Assembly (NCBI GenBank): GCA_036677365.1
Contig: JAVBWN010000006.1
Span: 8,919-72,918 of the forward strand
Direction of reading: 5' to 3'
DNA: 64,000 bases
From: Acholeplasma sp.
Lineage (GTDB): Bacteria > Bacillota_I > Bacilli_A > Acholeplasmatales > UBA5453
The notes under the pieces are model-generated. The model made no database searches. It was not told the origin of the DNA and was given only the letters and a program-made list of their open reading frames with translations. The position numbers and the translations under genes are program-made. Numbering within the stretch: the first letter of the stretch is position 1; the number at the start of each line of letters is the position of its first letter. Positions 58,478-64,000 of the stretch are shown here, piece by piece.

Positions 58478-58960
58478 ATGACATTGAAAGAACAAAGAAT
58501 CTCTTTGGGCTTAACACAAGTAGAAGTATCCAATTTGGTGGATATGCCGCTTCGAACTTATAAAGACTACGAGAACAATCCAAAAAGAGTAACTTCGATT
58601 AAGTATAAGTATATATTAGATAGACTGCTCGATTTTGGACACATCGATGAATCCCACGGCGTTTTGACACTAGATCAAATCAAACAAGGTATTTTCAAAG
58701 CAATCCCAAGTTATGAAGTTGAGTTTTGTTATTTATTTGGCTCATACGCTAGAAATGAAGCCACACCTAACAGCGATGTGGATTTGATCATCTCTACAAA
58801 GACAACAGGTCTTCAATATTATGGTTTAGTTGAAACCTTAAGACAACACCTGCTTAAAAAAGTCGATGTGATTTTGTGGACAGATTTATCATCCAATCCG
58901 GAGTTAATTTACGCAGTTTTAAAGGATGGCATAAAAATTGTCGGTAAAGGAAAAGAATGA
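58478..58960 (+). CDS. XRE HTH - minimal nucleotidyltransferase (MNT) fusion antitoxin
   Basis: LKEQRISLGLTQVEVS...LRTYKDYE HTH; FGSYARNEATPNSDVDL (GSx10DxD); RBS GAGGTG. Confidence 0.88.
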   Translation: MTLKEQRISLGLTQVEVSNLVDMPLRTYKDYENNPKRVTSIKYKYILDRLLDFGHIDESHGVLTLDQIKQGIFKAIPSYEVEFCYLFGSYARNEATPNSDVDLIISTKTTGLQYYGLVETLRQHLLKKVDVILWTDLSSNPELIYAVLKDGIKIVGKGKE

Positions 58961-59270
58961 CCAGTTTTTTGTTGAGAAAATAGCTAAAGACATTGATTTC
59001 ATCATGAAACATACTCACGGTATGACCAAGGAAGTACTTGAAGTCAATGAGGTTTTGATTGATTCTATCTTATTTAGATTCATTCAAATCTCAGAAAGTA
59101 TGAAACGTCTAAGTGACGATTTTAGAATCAGACATGCTGAGATTTCATGGGTTAGTGTGATAGGTTTACGAAATAAAATCGTGCATGATTATGGGGATAT
59201 TAGATTAGATGTGATTTATCAAACCATTCAAATGGATTTACCTAAACTAAAGGAAGTATTTCATTTTTAG
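58938..59270 (+). CDS. HEPN (DUF86) RNase toxin
   Basis: Rx4HxY motif GLRNKIVHDY; overlaps the MNT stop. Confidence 0.9.
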   Translation: MSVKEKNDQFFVEKIAKDIDFIMKHTHGMTKEVLEVNEVLIDSILFRFIQISESMKRLSDDFRIRHAEISWVSVIGLRNKIVHDYGDIRLDVIYQTIQMDLPKLKEVFHF

Positions 59271-59377
59271 GGTTATTTGAGGCGTTTTTCTTACCATTAT
59301 GGGGATGCATTCATTGACTAAAAATCATTTAGTTGATACAATAAACCTAGATATAACCATCAAAGGGGGATGGACCT

Positions 59378-59965
59378 ATGGACCGCGCCAAATTCATGAA
59401 AAAGTATTTTCGTAAAAAGATCAAAGGTGCTCAAGATTTCGATGCTTACGCAAGAGCAGATTATGAGCAAGCCTTGGTGCGAGCTCGAGGTTTACTAGGG
59501 CTTACCGAAGCCGACACCAATGAACTCAACCCATTGGTGGTGTCACTACCTGAAGCGTTCTTTAAAGGGTCAAGTGTCTTATTCAAAATGTCTAAGAAAA
59601 ATGACCACATCCGCTTCAATCAAGCGCGGGTCACCGTACTTTTATTTGGTGAACATCAACTGTATTACTATACCGCACTCATCGACCATGAACGCGGGGC
59701 GTTCTCAGACGATTACACCGTAGAAATCCCCTATGGTTCGATTGTTTCGATTGAAACCAATTCCATTCGTTTCTATGAAAGAGGAACGAACCATCACTAT
59801 ATCGACTTACAATTATACCTCGTAAACGACCACGCAATTACCGTGAGACTTAAAGATGTCGTGGTTGAAAGAAAAGAACTTCAAGAAGGGGTTTCAATCC
59901 CTGAAGACACACAAACTGTGCTTTTAAACGTCATGAGATTGTTGCGTGCAAAACGTGGATTATAG
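59378..59965 (+). CDS. Hypothetical soluble protein
   Basis: 195-aa ORF with RBS GGGGG/GGA and own promoter (TTGACT-17-TACAAT); host-like codon usage. Confidence 0.8.
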   Translation: MDRAKFMKKYFRKKIKGAQDFDAYARADYEQALVRARGLLGLTEADTNELNPLVVSLPEAFFKGSSVLFKMSKKNDHIRFNQARVTVLLFGEHQLYYYTALIDHERGAFSDDYTVEIPYGSIVSIETNSIRFYERGTNHHYIDLQLYLVNDHAITVRLKDVVVERKELQEGVSIPEDTQTVLLNVMRLLRAKRGL

Positions 59966-60014
59966 CTCACTCTCCGTGGGCTTTTTCTTTTGAAATAACA
60001 TCTTAGATTAATGT

Positions 60015-60043
60015 TTGACAATCGATATAAAACCATGTATAAT
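60015..60043 (+). promoter_or_regulatory. Consensus promoter of yceD-rpmF
   Basis: TTGACA-17 nt-TATAAT with TG before -10. Confidence 0.85.
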
Positions 60044-60062
60044 TAATCAAGCTGGTGATTGT

Positions 60063-60512
60063 ATGATTTTAACACTTGAAAAGCTAAAAACCGAATATGC
60101 CAATAAGGGGTTCGATCTCTCATTAGACTTCAAACATCGATTGAAAGATCAGACACTCATGTATGACATTGATTTGGTCCATGTTACGGGACAAGTCCAG
60201 TTTTTACAGAGCCGATATGTGCACTTTGATTTAAACATCGAAACCACATTGACACTCCCTTGTGCAATCACATTAAAACCAGTGAGTTACCCGCTCAGTT
60301 TTAAAATTGAGGAAGATGTTTCAGAGACCAGTGACGCTGAATACATGATTGTTGAGGACAAAATCAACTTAGGCGACATCATTTGGGGTGCCATCATACC
60401 GATGATCCCGATGCAAGTCTATGCTGAAGATGCTCCAAGGGATTTGTATGAAGAAGAACCTAAAGTCAATGAAGTATTCGCTCAATTAAAGGACCATTTT
60501 GACAAAAAATAG
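60063..60512 (+). CDS. YceD/DUF177 family protein
   Basis: [20 protein letters not shown] motifs and position upstream of rpmF; start moved to ATG 60063. Confidence 0.88.
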   Translation: MILTLEKLKTEYANKGFDLSLDFKHRLKDQTLMYDIDLVHVTGQVQFLQSRYVHFDLNIETTLTLPCAITLKPVSYPLSFKIEEDVSETSDAEYMIVEDKINLGDIIWGAIIPMIPMQVYAEDAPRDLYEEEPKVNEVFAQLKDHFDKK

Positions 60513-60523
60513 GAGGTGTGAAG

Positions 60524-60709
60524 ATGGCAATTCCTTTTCGCCGCACGTCTAAGACTGCAAAAAGAAAACGTCGTACACACTACAAACTAAGCAAACCAAC
60601 TTTGGTGGTAGACCCACAAACTGGTGACTTAGTATTACCTCACAGAGTATCTCCAACCACTGGGGAATACAGAGGCAATAAAGTAGTTAACGTCAAAGAA
60701 TCTGAATAA
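60524..60709 (+). CDS. rpmF: 50S ribosomal protein L32 (cysteine-free form)
   Basis: [27 protein letters not shown]; RBS GGAGGT. Confidence 0.97.
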   Translation: MAIPFRRTSKTAKRKRRTHYKLSKPTLVVDPQTGDLVLPHRVSPTTGEYRGNKVVNVKESE

Positions 60710-60722
60710 ATCAGATTTAAAG

Positions 60723-60750
60723 AAGGATGCCGGTAGGCATCTTTTTCTTT
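60723..60750 (+). terminator. Rho-independent terminator
   Basis: AAGGATGCC-GGTA-GGCATCTTT plus T run. Confidence 0.8.
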
Positions 60751-60841
60751 ACCCAAAATTTACCCCAATTTCTAAATGACTTTACAAAGTAAGCAATAAG
60801 TTATAAGATATTCATGAATTCTTAAAAATGAGGTTTTTCAA

Positions 60842-62815
60842 ATGAAACGTATAAAAGATAAAGGATATATCCTTTTAACCATACTCGCTTTTCTCATCTT
60901 AACGATGTTGAATCGGGTGATGGTCACCGCACAATTTTTCAATCCAGGGATGAATTTGTATTATGAACCATTTGCCATCCGTATCAATGCTTGGGTTGGA
61001 GACTTAGGTCTACTGAGCGTCCTCGTGGGACTATTTTTACTGATGTTTAAAAATAAAAAATATTTCACCTTGTCGGTACTGATCCTTGGGATTGGCTTAT
61101 CGGTTTTGGTGTTTTCACTCAAAATATATCAGTTTTATTATGGGACAGCCTTCTCATTCTTCAATGCGAGAACATTTTCCAACAGTGCCCCGGTATTGGG
61201 TCAACAATTGACCATCCACCTATGGCGAAATCTATTCAGAATGGGTCAATACATCGCCTTAATTCCTGCTTTCGCATTCATTTATTTGGCCATTAATGTA
61301 TTCATGCACAAACCATTTAAAGAAACACCCCACTGGATTGAAACCTCGAGAAAAAGAAGATTCGCCCTCAGTGCGCTCACATTGGGGTTATTGATGACCA
61401 CCTTCTCACAAGTGGTCTATTACAACCATATCAACAATACATTTTACGAAGAACACCGTAACGCCCTTAAAGGCGTTCAAACGATGGGGATTTATAACTA
61501 TTATTTGGTGGATTTAATCAGTTATACGGTGATTCCACAACCTGAACCCATCTTAGATACCAAACCCGATTTAAAAGCCGAAGTAGATGCTTATATTGAA
61601 AATGCAAAACAAACCTGCCCACTCAATTATGAATCGAATCCAAGTTGCGTGAACAGTGATTTAACGGGTATTTTTGAAGGTAAAAAACTGGTCATTTTCC
61701 AATTAGAAGCGATGAACGATTACCTCATCAACTTAAGTATTGAAGTCGATGGCATCGCCTATGAAATCATGCCATTTTTGAATAACATCGCGAATTCCAA
61801 TGAAACACTCTACTATGATCGTTTTTATTCCAACTTTGGCGTTGGTAAAACCAGTGACGCTGAATTTGCTGGATTGACGGGATTATACCCAACCGGACAA
61901 ATTGTGACCTATTTCGATTATTTAGCCGAAAACTTTGAAACCATTCCGAGTTTATTTAAAGAACAAGGCTACAAAACCTATGGCATCAACGGGTCAAATG
62001 AATCCTTCTATAAACGATTCATCAATTATGAATTGTTGGGCTTCGATGAATTTGTCCCAGCAGAACGCTTATTGGCAGAAAATTATTATGACCCTGAAAT
62101 CAATGTGATCAATGGTTGGGTCGATGACACCGTCATTTTTGATTACGTGACCGATGTGTTACAAAAAGACGAAGACCAATTCATTTTCGCTTTATCTACA
62201 GTGACCCATACCCCATATTTCGATGTTGAAGGCATCACTGGCGTCAATGTATGGGAAAATACCATTTTAAGAGATTTAGGCAACTACTTCGATTTTAACC
62301 GCCGATTCGATATTGTTTTCGAAGCGTTTTTCCAAAACTTAAGCGATTTAGGCTTATTGGAAGATACTGTATTCATGATGTATGGTGACCATACGGGTAA
62401 CATGACCATGGCTGATTTGAATCAAATTTACCCAGAACTCACCCATCAAGAGTTCCAGGAGTTGTCCCACAATGTACCATTCATGATTTACGCACCAGGT
62501 ATGGATTTAAGCCAATATGGGTTGGATACCACCTTGGTTCGCGGTCAAGCCGACATCAAGCGTACCGTCAGCAACCTCTTCAATCTCAATGAAGTGTATC
62601 ATTTTGGTGTAGACATCACCTCAAATAACCGTTCCTATACATACAATCCAATGACCCTCGACTTATTCACCGATGATTATCATATGATTGTTCCGATGTT
62701 ATATGTATCCAATCCAGATTACCAAGCCAACGCTCAAAGCATCGCAGACTGGTTCTTAAGATACAAATTGATTAACGACGCGATTTTGAAGTATCGCTAT
62801 TTCGATAACCCTTAA
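60842..62815 (+). CDS. LTA synthase family (LtaS-like) membrane sulfatase-fold protein
   Basis: Five N-terminal TMs; FQLEA, GKTSDAEF (catalytic Thr), THTPY, YGDH, VPF.IY. Confidence 0.9.
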   Translation: MKRIKDKGYILLTILAFLILTMLNRVMVTAQFFNPGMNLYYEPFAIRINAWVGDLGLLSVLVGLFLLMFKNKKYFTLSVLILGIGLSVLVFSLKIYQFYYGTAFSFFNARTFSNSAPVLGQQLTIHLWRNLFRMGQYIALIPAFAFIYLAINVFMHKPFKETPHWIETSRKRRFALSALTLGLLMTTFSQVVYYNHINNTFYEEHRNALKGVQTMGIYNYYLVDLISYTVIPQPEPILDTKPDLKAEVDAYIENAKQTCPLNYESNPSCVNSDLTGIFEGKKLVIFQLEAMNDYLINLSIEVDGIAYEIMPFLNNIANSNETLYYDRFYSNFGVGKTSDAEFAGLTGLYPTGQIVTYFDYLAENFETIPSLFKEQGYKTYGINGSNESFYKRFINYELLGFDEFVPAERLLAENYYDPEINVINGWVDDTVIFDYVTDVLQKDEDQFIFALSTVTHTPYFDVEGITGVNVWENTILRDLGNYFDFNRRFDIVFEAFFQNLSDLGLLEDTVFMMYGDHTGNMTMADLNQIYPELTHQEFQELSHNVPFMIYAPGMDLSQYGLDTTLVRGQADIKRTVSNLFNLNEVYHFGVDITSNNRSYTYNPMTLDLFTDDYHMIVPMLYVSNPDYQANAQSIADWFLRYKLINDAILKYRYFDNP

Positions 62816-62816
62816 T

Positions 62817-63725
62817 ATGAAACATTACAGTGTATTACTCAAAGAATCGATTGACGCACTTAACCTCAAAGAAAATGGCATTTACGTGGACGCGACCCTC
62901 GGAGGTGGCGGACACAGTGAAGCCATTTTGTTGTCGTTAAAAGGCGGGCATTTATACGGTTTTGACCAAGACCAATACGCTTTAAAAACGGCTCAGGAAC
63001 GCCTAAAAGGGTTTAAAAACTTCACGGCCATCGCTTCTAACTTTGAATTCATAAAAGAAGAACTCCAGGCATTAGGGATTGAAAAAATGGATGGTGTCGT
63101 CATGGATTTGGGGATGTCATCCTTTCAAATCGATGACGCTTCAAGAGGTTTTTCTTACATGCAGGATGCGAAATTGGATATGCGGATGAATCAAAACCAA
63201 ACCAAGACCGCTTACGATATCGTCAACAACGCCTCATTTGAAGAACTCGTTTATATGTTTGAAGTGTATGGCGAAGAGGATTTCGCCAGACCGATTGCGC
63301 GAAAAATCATCGAATCCAGACCACTCAATACCACCTTTGATTTGGTCAAAATCACCGATATGTATAAATACAAATCAAAATCTCATTCAGCGAAACAAGT
63401 ATTTCAAGCGCTAAGAATCGCTGTGAATGATGAGCTGGGAGTTTTAGAACGTACGTTACCAAAATTGCTATCGATGTTAAATCCCAATGGGGTGATGTCC
63501 ATCATTACGTTCCATTCATTAGAAGATCGAATTGTCAAACACTTCTTCAAAACCAACAGCGAAGTCCATGTCCCTAAAGGGATTCCTATGTTAAAACTAC
63601 CCACCCCACCACTCAGGTTATTGACCAAAAAACCAATCTTACCTTCAGAACAAGAACTGGCGGAAAACAGCCGATCAAACAGTGCGAAACTCCGTGTCGC
63701 GATTAAAAATGAGGTGGCTGAATGA
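62817..63725 (+). CDS. rsmH: 16S rRNA (cytosine1402-N4)-methyltransferase
   Basis: HYSVLL, DATLGGGGHS, DLGMSS, LDMRM, FQALRIAVN, ITFHSLEDR, NSRSNSAKLR. Confidence 0.97.
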   Translation: MKHYSVLLKESIDALNLKENGIYVDATLGGGGHSEAILLSLKGGHLYGFDQDQYALKTAQERLKGFKNFTAIASNFEFIKEELQALGIEKMDGVVMDLGMSSFQIDDASRGFSYMQDAKLDMRMNQNQTKTAYDIVNNASFEELVYMFEVYGEEDFARPIARKIIESRPLNTTFDLVKITDMYKYKSKSHSAKQVFQALRIAVNDELGVLERTLPKLLSMLNPNGVMSIITFHSLEDRIVKHFFKTNSEVHVPKGIPMLKLPTPPLRLLTKKPILPSEQELAENSRSNSAKLRVAIKNEVAE

Positions 63726-64000
63726 AACTCATTACCTATGGCCACGAAGCATTTAAAGCCATTTTAGAAGACATCGATCGTGCCCAACGAAGTATCCTCA
63801 TTCAAATGTTCATTTGGCGTGATGATCAGATTGGCAATCAACTCTTAAATCACTTACAAAATGCGTTAGATCGAGGGGTTCAAGTCACGATTCAAAAAGA
63901 TGCTTATGGGTCTATTTTTGAAAAAGCAGAAGAGAATAAACAGAGCTTATTCCATAAAGAAAAACAAAAAGGGATCCATATCTTAGCGAAAATCATCGAT
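63722..64000 (+). CDS. Phospholipase D / cardiolipin synthase-like protein, N-terminal part (runs off the window)
   Basis: MKLITYGHEAFKAILEDIDRAQRSILIQMFIWRDDQIG...ALDRGVQV...DAYGS; ATGA overlap with rsmH; HKD motif not reached. Confidence 0.75.
   Translation, partial: MKLITYGHEAFKAILEDIDRAQRSILIQMFIWRDDQIGNQLLNHLQNALDRGVQVTIQKDAYGSIFEKAEENKQSLFHKEKQKGIHILAKIID

Noticed and set aside
18-63745. Many short antisense or alternate-frame ORFs in the track (e.g. 907-1167, 34258-34716, 51722-52183, 63404-63745)
   Set aside because: They shadow well-supported genes, lack RBSs and have no recognisable motifs
1-64000. CRISPR array, tRNA, rRNA, tmRNA
   Set aside because: No regularly spaced repeat-spacer series and no cloverleaf or rRNA signature seen by eye; intergenic gaps are mostly short. 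A covariance-model scan would be needed to exclude small RNAs.

Overview
64 kb of a low-GC bacterial chromosome read with the standard code (TGA = stop). The gene set fits a free-living Acholeplasma-like Mollicute; this is an inference (no peptidoglycan genes beside rsmH, Firmicutes-type proteins). Most of the window is housekeeping: a Wzz/BY-kinase/PHP-phosphatase triad, zwf, lplA-gcvT-gcvH-gcvPA-gcvPB, ald, gdhA, pepT, two mgtE, an M32 carboxypeptidase, sdaA, rlmD, cysK-cysE, an iron-siderophore ABC importer, secG, yceD-rpmF, an LtaS-family gene, rsmH and a partial PLD/cls. Four visibly AT-rich accessory blocks are interleaved. (1) A HipA/CtkA-like kinase followed by a probable HipS-like+HTH fusion (17.9-19.5 kb). 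(2) A block with a 5'-truncated Rhs toxin module and candidate orphan immunity genes, bounded by a duplicated terminator (26.9-31.45 kb). (3) Two orphan lipoproteins (38.3-40.1 kb). (4) A single membrane-protein gene bounded by a 97-bp duplication of the cysE 3' end plus terminator (53.2-54.25 kb). Two toxin-antitoxin pairs are present (yefM-yoeB; HTH-MNT/HEPN with tandem palindromic operators). The strongest candidates for an undescribed system are the six-gene operon at 33.4-38.3 kb and the kinase-first HipA-like pair. In the operon, four consecutive small proteins (one a hidden 41-aa ORF) each carry a SHOCT-like motif, with a DUF2089 regulator, an AATCAAT repeat array at the promoter and a heterodimeric ABC exporter. 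No rRNA, tRNA, CRISPR array, integrase or transposase gene was seen. All alignments and counts were done by eye; no database search was run.
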